From Octopus vulgaris (Eukaryota), in the NCBI GenBank assembly GCA_951406725.2, contig OX597817.1:147188001-147252000 (forward strand): DNA of 64,000 bases. The letters are read 5' to 3'. Under the pieces are notes generated by a model, which had not been told where the DNA came from, made no database searches, and worked only from the letters and a program-made list of their open reading frames with translations. Shown here piece by piece: positions 1 to 15,147 of the stretch. Each line of letters begins with the position of its first letter. The stretch's first letter is position 1. Made by a program: the position numbers and the translations under genes.

Positions 1-95
1 TCGAAGACATCTATCATCTTTTCCGTGGCTCTGTACATTGTCCAACTTTCTGCTCCATAATAATCATGTGAATAAAAGTACTGGTAATACAAGAA
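1..95 (-). mobile_element. RTE-type LINE fragment (runs off the window)
   Basis: The minus strand translates YGAESWTMYRATEKMIDVF, the YGxEsW motif found downstream of RT in RTE-clade ORFs. Confidence 0.6.
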
Positions 96-913
96 ATATT
101 TTCAGTTACACAATTTAGTCACAGAACAAATCTGCAAATGGCTTGTACGTCACTGGTTTTGCCTACTTTGTAAATTTAGCGTCGCTGTTGTTGTTTAGCC
201 TCAGCTTAGTCCTCAATGTGAGGAAAGTACTGATAAAAATTCTTACACGCAAAATCATCCCATATTTTTCAACAATAGTGTTTCAGTGATTATATCATAC
301 ACTGTAACATACCTTCTTGTATTGTAGAGTTTAGGTGTGAACTTTTGGTGGGATTTGCCTGTTATTCTTAGAAGATCGAGCAATCGCACTGTGGATCACG
401 TATTATGTTATCGAACCGTATGTCGTGTGGACGTTGTAGCATTACAGTTCAGGAAAAGGAAGCACATGCTGTTTCGTTCGATGTTGCAGACCCATGGGAT
501 GAAGGCTGAGATCTTCATGAAGTACTTGAATGGGGGAGTACCAAGTACCTTTTGCGGTGTTTCGGAAAGACGGAATGGTAGTCATGGCTACTCCCATTCG
601 AGATTGGCTACATTGGATTCTCTACCCAGTCAGTATGGAGAATATTTATCATTCATAAGAATAAGAAAGATAAAGTCGGTCGTTCACGGGATGGGAGAGG
701 CAACAGAAAGCGCCTCTTGCTGGTTATAGAGTAAGACAGATGGTTTGATTTGGCAGTCAGGAGGAAATGATCAGAGGGGATTTGGACACCACTACTAAGT
801 TACCAACGGGACTGATTGTTAGACACCATAAGCTGACATCAATTTCTCAAGGCGAAAACTTCATTCAGCGAAGCTGAATGAAAAAAGAATCTTATTTTAG
901 ATGTAATCTAATG

Positions 914-1320
914 GGCGCAGGGGTGGCTGTGTGGTAAGTAGCTTGCTTACCAACCGCATGGTTCCAGGTTCAGGCCCACTGCGTGGTACCTTGGGCGAGT
1001 GTCTTCTACTATAGCCTCAGGCCGACCAAAGCCTTGCGAGTGGATTTGGTAGACGGAAACTGAAAGAAGCCCGTCGTATATATGTATATATATATATATA
1101 TACGTATGTGTGTGTTTGTCTGTCTGTGTTTGTCCCCCGAACATCGCTTGACAACCGATGCTGGTGTGTTTACGTCCCTGTAACTTAGCGGTTCGGCAAA
1201 TGAGACCGATAGAATAAGTACTAGGCTTACAAAGAATAAGTCCTGGGATCGACTTCCTCGACTAAAGGTGGTGCTCCAGCATGGGCACATTCAAATGACT
1301 GAAACAAATAAAAGAGAGAG
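914..1320 (+). mobile_element. tRNA-derived SINE, family A, full length with internal (TA)n
   Basis: The head GGCGCAGGGGTGGCTGTGTGGTAAG...GGTTCAGGCCC has A/B-box-like motifs. The body ...GTGGATTTGGTAGACGGAAACTGAAAGAAGCCCGTCG recurs at least 8 times in the window. Confidence 0.85.
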
Positions 1321-1817
1321 TAAGTGTAATCAATTAGGAAAAGGGTTTTAAATATTTGTCGGAACTACAAAGAAGCCTTAAATGCTGGAATTTGAAATTC
1401 ATGATTTAGATGGGTTGTGCCGATGAGAGAAAAACCTACCTGTGTGTTTCTGAGTGTACCCTGTCGGTCTATTATAAGGGATATTCTCAAACATGTTTTT
1501 TATATTTCTGAGAGTTATGTGACCTGAGAGATGCAAAGGTAAATGTCTTCACTTTAGACAACTCTCAAGTTGATTTGATCGTAAGATACTCGTGCTCGTT
1601 GTCTTAATACGTTTTTTACATGGTTATTTGACTGTAAAGAAGATTGATCAAATAAATCCACCATGAACCTTGGTTTCTAATTAAATCTTCAAGTCAATGA
1701 AGACATCACTTTGAGAACAATATTCTCTGTCCGATCCAGCAGTATATTTGACAACAACAACAAAAAAAGCAAAATAAGAAACTATATGTATGCTACAACG
1801 TTTCTTATGCGTATATG

Positions 1818-1910
<93 letters not shown>

Positions 1911-2867
1911 TCACATATATACATAATACAAATACGCATACACATAAAGGCACTGATATATTAACCGATGTACACAATGGTTATCTAATCCTTAATCTTT
2001 AAAAAAATCCCATTAGTTGAAGGGATAAGGATCATTACTTTTTCCTCTTATTTCCTGTTTTTAACAGGAATGCTACTTGCAATATAAACTACAAGCATAA
2101 GTATTTAGAGGCAAAACTGTTTTTTTTATTTTTCTATCCCTCACTCGAAAGCTAACATTAGAATCATCATTTGAATGGATTGGTTTTTCATTCCGTGTAA
2201 ACACTCCTACATTATCCTTAGCATCTCCTTGTTTTTGTTTTCGGTAACGCAAAACTAATGATCGTAGCTGAACATTTTAGCTTACCATGGCACTTGAAAC
2301 GTCTTATCTCTTCTAGAACGAAAATAATTTTTTTTCCATCCGACTATGTCATATTGACATTGGAATGGTAACGATCCCAGCAAAATAGAGTTATTTGATG
2401 GAATGTTGCCATTATTTCATCGATGAATCAATCTGAATGCGGTGCCTCCTTGTAATTTCAATGTTTGGTAACATTCCCAATATTAACCTATTTATTTAAG
2501 ATGGTAGTAGATTATGTTTCTTATGCTTGCGAGTAAATATCGCCTCACCAGCGATATCGAATGCTTTACTGTCTAAAGAGTGTTAACACTTGATTTTGCT
2601 GTCTTTTCGGCAATATCGACTGAAAGAATGTCGACAAAGAAATTATCTGTGGCTTTCCTATTTGCACGACATTGGTATTATACTTGGCACCATCTCCATT
2701 ATCTCTTCTTTCGACTAAGAATTAATGATAATCTGATTCACATTTCCTTTTACAGCGTTCACTGTTTTCCTGCTTGGACATTCTGAACAAATAGTTTAGT
2801 TTTTATTAACATAGTTTTTATTGCGCATGCTCACACACACAAACACATACACACACATAAAATGATG

Positions 2868-2914
<47 letters not shown>

Positions 2915-2956
2915 CACTTATATACATATACATATATGCGTAATATATATATATAC

Positions 2957-3028
<72 letters not shown>

Positions 3029-3030
3029 GT

Positions 3031-3202
3031 AGGTACAGGAGTGGTTGTGAAGTAGGCAGCTTGCCTACCAGCGACATGGTTCCGGGTTCACTCCCCACTA
3101 CGTGGCACCTTCGGCAAGTGTCGTCTACTCTTCTACTATAGGTCCAGGCCGACCAAAGACTTGTGAGTGGATTTGGTAGGCGGAAACTGAAAGAAGTCTG
3201 TC

Positions 3203-3203
<1 letters not shown>
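3031..3203 (+). mobile_element. SINE family A, 5' half
   Basis: Matches 914-1076 and ends in (TA)n. Confidence 0.8.
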
Positions 3204-3245
<42 letters not shown>

Positions 3246-3335
3246 AAAATATATATATGTATGTATATATATATATCGAAAAATATATATATGTATGTAT
3301 ATATATATATATATATATCGAAAAATATATATATG

Positions 3336-3418
<83 letters not shown>

Positions 3419-3432
3419 TATTATATAGAAGG

Positions 3433-3483
3433 AGCTTCTACAGGACTAGAACTGTTTCATTCAAGAGAAATCTTCAGGAAGCT
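3433..3483 (-). ncRNA. Type I hammerhead ribozyme motif, canonical core (left end of palindrome)
   Basis: Reverse complement reads AGCTTC-CTGAAGA-T-TTC(TCTT)GAA-T-GAAA-CAG(TTCTAGTC)CTG-TA-GAAGCT. All three stems pair; GUA cleavage triplet. Confidence 0.8.
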
Positions 3484-4086
3484 AGTTAACAAGAATTGTA
3501 TTGGCATTTATACATTTAGGCAGGTTTAAAGGGGTGTTGGTGGGGGACTTTTTGGGGGTAGGCATAGCGCGAAATATCATACTTGGGGGAGTGGTCAAGG
3601 AGTCAGTGTTAAATTAGATAGAAGAATAAATAAAAAATAAAAAAAAAAATATATATATATAAAAAAAAAATAAAAAAAAGGGGGAATAGAGTTTTAGGTA
3701 AATAAGGAGATTCTCACTTATACCTATGCACATATGTATACATATATACACACGCATACAAACATATATACATACATACACACATACATACACACACATA
3801 TATATATACATATATATACACTTACACATACATATACATATCTACACATACACATATATGTATACATACACACACTCACATGCATACACGTATACACACA
3901 TGTATATATACACACACGACCACACATACATATACACACAGAAAAATATATATACACATACACACACATATACTCACATACACGCATACACACACAAATC
4001 CACACACACACATGCACACACAGCACACTAGTCCCTATATACACACACATACACATACACACATATATATATACACACACATACAT

Positions 4087-4146
<60 letters not shown>

Positions 4147-4567
4147 CATATGTGTACCTATGCATACCTACACATACACACATATATATATACATACAAA
4201 TACAGACCCATTCCCTAATTTTAATTTTATTATCTTCGTTTATTACTTTTGTTATCTTTGGCCGCTTGGTCACAAACATCTTGGCTATGACAGCCAGTCC
4301 ATTTATCTGTCTACTGGAAAACAAGCACTCATTCACTCACGCACACTCTTTAGCACGTACACTCACTCATTCGTACACTCATACACATACACGCACGCAC
4401 GCGTTATATTCATACATACATACATCTACATACATTCACGTATATACACATGCGTACGCGTACCTACAGATTCATGTCTACACTCTTAGAAGGCTAGTCT
4501 ATACATATACACCAATAAATATAAATACACACACATACACGTACACCTACATACAAATACATACATG

Positions 4568-4620
<53 letters not shown>

Positions 4621-5263
4621 TCACATATATATACACATATATACACACACATACATACATACACATATATACACATATACACACATATACACATATATAC
4701 ACACATACACATACATACATATACACACATACACATACATACGTATACATACATACATACATCCATACATACATACGTTTATACACATACACACACCCAC
4801 ATACATACATATATATACACGCGCGTATACATATCTATATATATACATATATATACATATACATATATACATATATACATATATATATATTCATACACAC
4901 ACATACATATACATACATACATATACAAATATACGCACACACATATATACATACTCATATACTCATACACGCACATACACATGTACATGCGTACCCATAC
5001 ACACACACACACACGCGCGCATCCATATATACACATAAGTACACCCATGCGTAAAAGTATACATATATCTATGCTTACACATACACACACACACACGCGC
5101 CTCCTTATATTCATACTTACATGCATACTCAAAAAATAAGTAAATAGTAAAATATATATACGCGCAGTTATTCATACATGCATACTCAAAAAATAAATAA
5201 TAAATATTAAGTATATGTACGTGCAGTTACCTATTATATAGACGGATACATACATATAAACTT

Positions 5264-5324
<61 letters not shown>

Positions 5325-5393
5325 CAGATATACACATATATATACACACACACACATACATACATATATATATATACACACACACACATACAC

Positions 5394-5438
<45 letters not shown>

Positions 5439-5621
5439 TACACATGTACATATAAATACACACATAGATAACTCTACGTACCTACATATACATAAACACA
5501 CGAGCGTACGCGTATATGTACATATACACATACACATACACACGCATATATATACATACATACATACACATACACACATGTATACACACACACACACACA
5601 TACACATATATATACATACAC

Positions 5622-5666
<45 letters not shown>

Positions 5667-5840
5667 TATACACATGCACATATATATATATATACACACA
5701 CACATACACACACATATATACATGTGTGCAAACATACATACATTCTCATACAAGCACACACACTTACATTTACATATATACACACACACTTACACACATA
5801 TATACATACACATGTACATACATACATACATACGTATATG

Positions 5841-5908
<68 letters not shown>

Positions 5909-6154
5909 TATATACATACATACATACACAAACACATACCCATACATATATATACACACATATATATACACATGCACATACTTATATCTCTACATACTCG
6001 CATATACATATATATATATATACATATACACACACATACATACATATACCTATATACATGCATATATACACATACATATATATACACATCTACAATTTGT
6101 ATGTACACTCACATACCTGCACATACACATAACTATATGTATATATATATATAT

Positions 6155-6237
<83 letters not shown>

Positions 6238-6264
6238 ATATATAATGGTCCTATATACACACAC

Positions 6265-6319
<55 letters not shown>

Positions 6320-6902
6320 CATACATACATACACATATACATACATGTACATATACACATACACACACATATATATATACACACACATACATATATCAAC
6401 AATTGAGGGTAAAGTTAATTAGTAATTAATCAATTTCACCAAGTATTCAGTTGTAAAAGGACCATTATTTTTATGTATATATATATATATATATGTGCGT
6501 GTGTGTGTGTGTGTGTGTATATATGTATAGATGTATGTATGTATATATGTATATATGTGTGTATGCATATGTATGTGTATATGTATGTGTGTATGTATGT
6601 GTATGTATGTATAAAATATTATATAATTAGGGCTTAGTAAAATAAATTACTTTGCCACATACTGAACTTTCTAGAAATAGCAGCCAATAAAGTTTTTTAG
6701 CCTCTTCCACTACTTAGAGAATATTTTCCCTCAGACATTGTTTACTCATAAAAATAATGGTCCTTTTACAACTGAATACTTGGTGAAATTGATTAATTAC
6801 TAATTAACTTTACCCTCAATTGTTGATATATGTATGTGTGTGTATATATATATGTGTGTGTATGTGTATATGTACATGTATGTATATGTGTATGTATGTA
6901 TG

Positions 6903-6989
<87 letters not shown>

Positions 6990-7227
6990 ATATATATATA
7001 TATATACATATAGTTATGTGTATGTGCAGGTATGTGAGTGTAGATACAAATTGTAGATGTGTATATATATGTATGTGTATATATGCATGCATATAGGTAT
7101 ATGTATGTATGTGTGTGTATATGTATATATATATATATGTATATGCGAGTATGTAGAGATATAAGTATGTGCATGTGTATATATATGTGTGTATATATAT
7201 GTATGGGTATGTGTTTGTGTATGTATG

Positions 7228-7276
<49 letters not shown>

Positions 7277-7451
7277 ATGCATATACGTATGTATGTATGT
7301 ATGTACATGTGTATGTATATATGTGTGTAAGTGTGTGTGTATATATGTAAATGTAAGTGTGTGTGCTTGTATGAGAATGTATGTATGTTTGCACACATGT
7401 ATATATGTGTGTGTATGTGTGTGTGTATATATATATATGTGCATGTGTATA

Positions 7452-7496
<45 letters not shown>

Positions 7497-7679
7497 GTGT
7501 ATGTATATATATGTGTATGTGTGTGTGTGTGTGTATACATGTGTGTATGTGTATGTATGTATGTATATATATGCGTGTGTATGTGTATGTGTATATGTAC
7601 ATATACGCGTACGCTCGTGTGTTTATGTATATGTAGGTACGTAGAGTTTTCTATGTGTGTATTTATATGTACATGTGTA

Positions 7680-7724
<45 letters not shown>

Positions 7725-7785
7725 ATGTGTGTGTGTGTATATATATGTATGTATGTGTGTGTGTGTATATATATGTGTATATATG

Positions 7786-7838
<53 letters not shown>

Positions 7839-7951
7839 ATGTGTGTAAGTTTATATGTATGTATCCGTCTATATAATAGGTAACTGCACGTACATATACT
7901 TAATATTTATTATTCATTTTTTGAGTATGCATGTATGAATAACTGCGCGTA

Positions 7952-8510
7952 TATATATTTTACTATTTACTTATTTTTTGAGTATGCATGTAAGTATGAA
8001 TATAAGGAGGCGCGTGTGTGTGTGTGTATGTGTAAGCATAGATATATGTATACTTTTACGCATGGGTGTACTTATGTGTATATATGGATGCGCGCGTGTG
8101 TGTGTGTGTGTATGGGTACGCATGTACATGTGTATGTGCGTGTATGAGTATATGAGTATGTATATATGTGTGTGCGTATATTTGTATATGTATGTATGTA
8201 TATGTATGTGTGTGTATGAATATATATATGTATATATGTATATATGTATATGTATATATATGTATATATATAGATATGTATACGCGCGTGTATATATATG
8301 TATGTATGTGGGTGTGTGTATGTGTATAAACGTATGTATGTATGGATGTATGTATGTATGTATGTATACGTATGTATGTGTATGTGTGTATATGTATGTA
8401 TGTGTATGTGTGTATATATGTGTATATGTGTGTATATGTGTATATATATGTGTGTATGTATGTATGTGTGTGTATGTATGTGTATATATATGTGAATATA
8501 TATATATATA

Positions 8511-8555
<45 letters not shown>

Positions 8556-8877
8556 ATTTGTATGTAGGTGTACGTGTATGTGTGTGTATTTATATATATT
8601 TTACTATTTACTTATTTTTTGAGTATGCATGTAAGTATGAATATAAGGAGGCGCGTGTGTGTGTGTGTATGTGTAAGCATAGATATATGTATACTTTTAC
8701 GCATGGGTGTACTTATGTGTATATATGGATGCGCGCGTGTGTGTGTGTGTATGGGTACGCATGTACATGTGTATGTGCGTGTATGAGTATATGAGTATGT
8801 ATGTATGTGTGTGCGTACATTTGTATATGTATGTATGTATATGTATGTGTGTGTATGAATATATATATGTATATATG

Positions 8878-8917
<40 letters not shown>

Positions 8918-9134
8918 GATATATATATGCGCGTGTGTATATATATGTATGTATGTGGGTGTGTGTATGTGTATAAATGTATGTATGTATGGATGTATGT
9001 ATGTATGTATACGTATGTATGTGTATGTGTGTATATGTATGTATGTGTATGTGTGTATATATGTGTATATGTGTGTATATGTGTATATATGTGTATGTAT
9101 GTATGTGTGTGTATATATGTGTATATATATGTGA

Positions 9135-9189
<55 letters not shown>

Positions 9190-9237
9190 CATGTATGTAT
9201 TTGTATGTAGGTGTACGTGTATGTGTGTGTATTTATA
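7952..9237 (+). repeat. ~640-bp tandem duplication present only in the right palindrome arm
   Basis: TATATATTTTACTATTTACTTATTTTTTGAGTATGCATGTAAGTATGAATATAAGGAGGCGCG occurs at ~7952 and ~8595, but only once in the left arm. Confidence 0.85.
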
Positions 9238-9605
9238 TTTATTGGTGTATATGTATAGACTAGCCTTCTAAGAGTGTAGACATGAATCTGTAGGTACGCG
9301 TACGCATGTGTATATACGTGAATGTATGTAGATGTATGTATGTATGAATATAACGCGTGCGTGCGTGTATGTGTATGAGTGTACGAATGAGTGAGTGTAC
9401 GTGCTAAAGAGTGTGCGTGAGTGAATGAGTGCTTGTTTTCCAGTAGACAGATAAATGGACTGGCTGTCATAGCCAAGATGTTTGTGACCAAGCGGCCAAA
9501 GATAACAAAAGTAATAAACGAAGATAATAAAATTAAAATTAGGGAATGGGTCTGTATTTGTATGTATATATATATGTGTGTATGTGTAGGTATGCATAGG
9601 TACAC

Positions 9606-9659
<54 letters not shown>

Positions 9660-10272
9660 ATGTATGTGTGTGTATATATATATGTGTGTATGTGTATGTG
9701 TGTGTATATAGGGACTAGTGTGCTGTGTGTGCATGTGTGTGTGTGGATTTGTGTGTGTATGCGTGTATGTGAGTATATGTGTGTGTATGTGTATATATAT
9801 TTTTCTGTGTGTATATGTATGTGTGGTCGTGTGTGTATATATACATGTGTGTATACGTGTATGCATGTGAGTGTGTGTATGTATACATATATGTGTATGT
9901 GTAGATATGTATATGTATGTGTAAGTGTATATATATGTATATATATATGTGTGTGTATGTATGTGTGTATGTATGTATATATGTTTGTATGCGTGTGTAT
10001 ATATGTATACATATGTGCATAGGTATAAGTGAGAATCTCCTTATTTACCTAAAACTCTATTCCCCCTTTTTTTTTTTTTTTTTTTTTATATATATATATA
10101 TTTTTTAAATTTTTTTTATTTTTTATTTATTCTTCTATCTAATTTAACACTGACTCCTTGACCACTCCCCCAAGTATGATATTTCGCGCTATGCCTACCC
10201 CCCAAAAGTCCCCCACCAACACCCCTTTAAACCTGCCTAAATGTATAAATGCCAATACAATTCTTGTTAACT

Positions 10273-10323
10273 AGCTTCCTGAAGATTTCTCTTGAATGAA
10301 ACAGTTCTAGTCCTGTAGAAGCT
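10273..10323 (+). ncRNA. Type I hammerhead ribozyme motif, canonical core (right end of palindrome)
   Basis: Stem I AGCTTC/GAAGCT, core CTGAAGA at 10279-10285, stem II TTC/GAA, GAAA at 10298-10301, stem III CAG/CTG. Predicted cleavage after A10317. Confidence 0.8.
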
Positions 10324-10406
10324 CCTTCTATATAATAAATTAATTTTACTCTGCTATGTATTGAGTACCTTATTTACTGTGGTTAACCCCGAATCAACCC
10401 GGGACC

Positions 10407-10446
<40 letters not shown>

Positions 10447-10527
10447 AATATTACACACACACACACATACACACACATATAAAACAGACTGGAACTTCGA
10501 AGTCATTGTGACCTCTATTCTAGAAAG

Positions 10528-10703
10528 AGTATGATAAATATGTACTCGACAAAAAGTACTGAAGAACTCTACACTTTAATCTGAAATTATTTAAAACATA
10601 TAAGCAGGCATTAAGCTTTGTGTGTCTGTGTATATATATATATATATATATATACATACACATACACATATATGTATATACATATATACATACATACAGA
10701 GAT

Positions 10704-10760
<57 letters not shown>

Positions 10761-10864
10761 CAGTATTTCAAAGCTTGTTTTTATGTCGACTTATGATTAA
10801 ACCAGTCTTACATATAAATTAAGTGTTGCTCAATACTTGTTGTCGAGTACATATTTAATACACT
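10528..10864. repeat. Imperfect inverted repeat (~36-bp arms) around a microsatellite
   Basis: TAAATATGTACTCGACAAAAAGTACTGA versus TCAATACTTGTTGTCGAGTACATATTTA. Confidence 0.7.
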
Positions 10865-11498
10865 AACTGTTTCTATATGAATTGACATAAAAGCAAAGAA
10901 TTATGACCCTATAAGCATTTGCATATATATTTTATTAAAGGTAGCTTTACAGCATATCATAATATTTTAACGACTATCCAATCCGTCGGCTAGTGAAGAA
11001 AGGTAACTCGTTCGTGAAACTGTTGTATGAACAGTTAAGTCATGGAGAGTTGAATATAAAGCTCCACCAGAATCGTGTGGCTACAACAGGAAGCTCCTTT
11101 GACATAGCAATCCAATACAGGAAGATCTAAAGCAGAGTGTCCATGCAGGTGAAATCCAGAATATTCGATCAATTAAATTAATTCATGAGGAATATATAAA
11201 CTACAAAATTTTAGGAGGTACGAGGTAGAATATTTTAATTTAACCACCTGATATCCTTAGGATTACGGCCGTTTAGCAACATTCTTTGTATAGTAACAAT
11301 TTCAATGAGGAATAAAATTATGTTTACATGTTTGGATTAATATGCATTCTAATTCAAGTGTATATTCAGAAACCAATGTAAATTAAGAAATGTCATATGA
11401 CCACCAGAACACCATGGTCACACCAACGGTTCAACTCTGATCAGCTAGCTTTCTTCATTGATCTGTCAATATAAAATTGCATTATTGCATAATGCATA

Positions 11499-11712
11499 AG
11501 GCGGCGAGCTGGCAGAATCGTTAGCACTCCGGGTAAAATGGTTCGCAGCATTTCGTCCATCTTTATGTTCTGGGTTCAAATTCCGCCGAAGTCACCATTA
11601 CCTTTTATACTCCCGGGGTCAATAAACTAAGTACCAGCTAAATACTTGGGTCGATGTAATCGACTATCCCCTTCCCAAAATTGTAGGCCTTGTGCTTATA
11701 ATAGAAAGGATT
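11499..11712 (+). mobile_element. tRNA-derived SINE, family B
   Basis: AGGCGGCGAGCTGGCAGAATCGTTAGC...GTTCAAATTCCGCCGA...GTACCAG...GGGTCGATGTAATCGACT, recurring many times in the window. Confidence 0.85.
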
Positions 11713-12152
11713 ATTCCATCATGCATAGTTTGCATATTAATGCAAACGTAAGCATGACTGTAATCTGCACTGGAATTATTGCTAGACGAAGAAAACTGTG
11801 AAATGACCATAAGACTAAGGATGTCAAGTGGCCAAATAAATATATTCGTATTTGTTAGGAAGAGCTGCAAAAGTATTAAAAAATACTTCACATTGTAAAA
11901 ATATCATCCGATTTAGAACTGGTTATATAGGATAAATGGTTGGAAATATCCGTCATAATCAATTGTGACACTGTACCCCTAGTTCTTCCTCTGGTCGATT
12001 TGTTCATGACAGCTGTGAACAGCTAGAGCAAGGGTAAAACTCAGAGGAAACTAAAGTAGTGATAAAATACACACATTACAAATCACACACACACATACAC
12101 ACACTATATACCTGCATACATACATATGTATATATATATGTATACATATATG

Positions 12153-12189
<37 letters not shown>

Positions 12190-12487
12190 TTGTAAAAAAG
12201 AAGTTTGAAAACGCCACTATATTAGATAAATTTTAATCTTCTTATGAATGTTACATGTTTCGGTTCTTGAAAAAACGAACCTTATCAAAAATATTATACA
12301 AAGTGAAAATTGAAAAGTTCATAATCGTTTCTTACTGTTCTCAATAGAATCCATCTGGTGGTGTTTTGTCGGTAGTTGCTATAATGGCTATATTACTGTT
12401 GAGTGTATTGAAGAAGTCCATTATTGTTTCTTGCTGGTATTAAAAGGAACCGCTTTTTTGTTACCTTGTGTTCCAATGGTAGCAACA

Positions 12488-12541
<54 letters not shown>

Positions 12542-12544
12542 TAT

Positions 12545-12887
12545 TCTTTTCTTTTTCTTATTTATTTGTTGCAGTCATTTGACTGCGGCCATACTGGGGT
12601 ACCACTTTTAGCCGAGCAAATCGACCCCAGGAATTGTTCGTTGTAAGTCTAGTATTAATTCTATCTGTACTATTTGCAGATCCGCTAAGTTACTGCAACG
12701 GAAACACACCAGCATCGGTTGTACGACGAGCTTCTTTCAGTTTCCGTCTAGCAAATCCACTCACAAGGTGTTGGTCGGCACGAGGCAATAGCAGAGGGTA
12801 CTTGTCCAAGGCGCCACGCGGCGGGGACTGAATCCGGAACGATGTGGATGGAAAGCAAGCTTTTTACCACACAGCCACACCTGCGTC
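12545..12887 (-). mobile_element. SINE family A
   Basis: Reverse complement of 914-1320 with a central deletion. Confidence 0.8.
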
Positions 12888-12980
12888 TATGACCAGAGTG
12901 GACCCCTTCGCTCATGAATGACTGTGGGATTGCAACTAGAAAGTTAGCCTCTGAGGCACAGCCTATGACCACTCCTGCGC

Positions 12981-13044
<64 letters not shown>

Positions 13045-13257
13045 GTATGTATATATATATGTGTATATATATACTTACATATTTGCATGCATATATGCAT
13101 ACACCCACACATATGTGTGTGTATATATATATATGTAAGCATATATGTCGTAACTTACCTAAGAACTCTAGAGGCACCTACAGGTGAAATTCTGAGTAGC
13201 ATGAGACTGACACAGCTAAGATAGAATATTATTAATCCCCAATAAAGGGAATGTATG

Positions 13258-13389
<132 letters not shown>

Positions 13390-13428
13390 CATACATACAT
13401 ATGTGGAAAGAAAGAGAAATACAAACAT

Positions 13429-13459
<31 letters not shown>

Positions 13460-14498
13460 CACACAAAAACATACATGTATATATGTACATATATATAAAC
13501 CTGCATATACACATAAGCAAATCGAATCTGACAAAGAGGCTTGTAAGACTATAAAATGGAGGCTAAATATGGTGGGGAAACCTCGAATGCAATATTGTCA
13601 GTCACATCAAACACGCTCTCTATTCATTGTGTGTATTAATTCATATATTTCCCCTTTTTATTATCTCTTGCACTATATTTAGCCGAATATGTTCCTTACG
13701 TTTATGTGTAACCTCATCATTAAGGCAAATGGATAATAAACCAATCAACTTAATATTCAAACTTAGTTTGCTGAGGCGGTTTGAAATTGCTAATACGTGT
13801 AAAGTATTGTAACATTCCATTGAATTTGGAGATAATTCTATAATATGAAGTGATTAACTTCATCAAAACTCCTAAGGGTATGTATTATCCTACTTCAAAG
13901 CGGAATCAATGGCAAAGATTACTAATTGTCATACATTATCTACGTTGATTTATTAATACTTCTAAATGAGAAAGTGTTTCATAATGAATAAGCCACATTC
14001 GTGCTCATCACAGGTTTGGCTATTTCTTTAATATGCTATATTATCAAAGTTGTATACATGTATCTATAAAGTGTGCTGAGCATTATGGGATTTTTATGCA
14101 ATTCTAGAAACTAATTAATACTACCTCAGTAATATTTAAAATATGTAGTGCATTCTAAGGGGTAGAATTATTAAAGATGGATAAACATGCAGAAACTACA
14201 TTGATTCTGGACCCCGTTGCTGAGGAAGAGTTTTCTATATTGCTCATTTCCGTTTACTGTTTACCTATTCTATCTCTTCTACAATTTTATTCTAGTACAA
14301 ACAGTACTTTATAGATCATATATGTACATACATACACAAGCTTTCGCAAGCTGAGTGGGGACACTAAACTCCCTAGTTTGAAAATATAAGGACGCAGATA
14401 GTGCGTCGACAGCTAACTGCAGACGATGTTTCCTGAGGCTAAATGACAGTAACGTTCGTCCTAATAAGGACTGCCACATTATGTTCGCAAATAATTTT

Positions 14499-14581
<83 letters not shown>

Positions 14582-15082
14582 TCATATATGCTAGACCACT
14601 GGTGTGAAATCGATGTTAATAAATTAATATCTAATTTCTCACCCTCATTTTAAATTCAAAATTAAATTAATAAGTTCTCTAACCGGCAAAGGCCGCTGCA
14701 GTAAAGTATTATCTGCAGCATCAGTTTTTCCGAAAATTTAGCGCGCCAAAACGAGGACATTTGGAATAGTAGCCACGAGTGTAATGGGTAGGACTGTTTT
14801 ACAAGTCTGACTTTGTGCGGACGTCCTAGTATGCAGTCCTGCAAATTATATTTCAACTGTATGGTCGTACCGATGATCTACGGACAATTAGGTAAGTAAG
14901 ATTATGTAATTTGCTGATAGTAAAACATATATACGAATAATCCATATTTTTATTACTTTTTCTTTTGTCTTGCTCGATTACGTTTTGGTTGTTTTGCTAA
15001 ATTTTTTCTTGAGATCATTTCTCAGTGGTGAGATCGTAGCGGATCTATTTCTAGCATAAGGGTGTCCACATAGTAGTTTCCC

Positions 15083-15147
<65 letters not shown>

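Larger units (their letters stand above)
3416..10340. repeat. 6.9-kb inverted repeat: arms 3416-6475 and 6747-10340, 271-bp spacer
   Basis: Unique islands match as reverse complements: 3416-3725/10020-10340, 4200-4500/9255-9555, 5100-5250/7860-8010 and 6397-6475/6747-6825. Mirror-image ORFs appear in the track. Confidence 0.95.

Noticed and set aside
337-729. 130-aa ORF
   Set aside because: GTG start, overlaps a dispersed repeat, no recognisable domain.
914-1000. tRNA genes at SINE heads
   Set aside because: A/B-box-like motifs without a full cloverleaf, attached to multicopy SINE bodies.
14680-14900. GC-richer island with TTTAGCGCGCCAAAA (E2F-like) and an AG|GTAAGT donor
   Set aside because: All plus-strand frames are closed and isolated short motifs are insufficient to call a promoter or exon.
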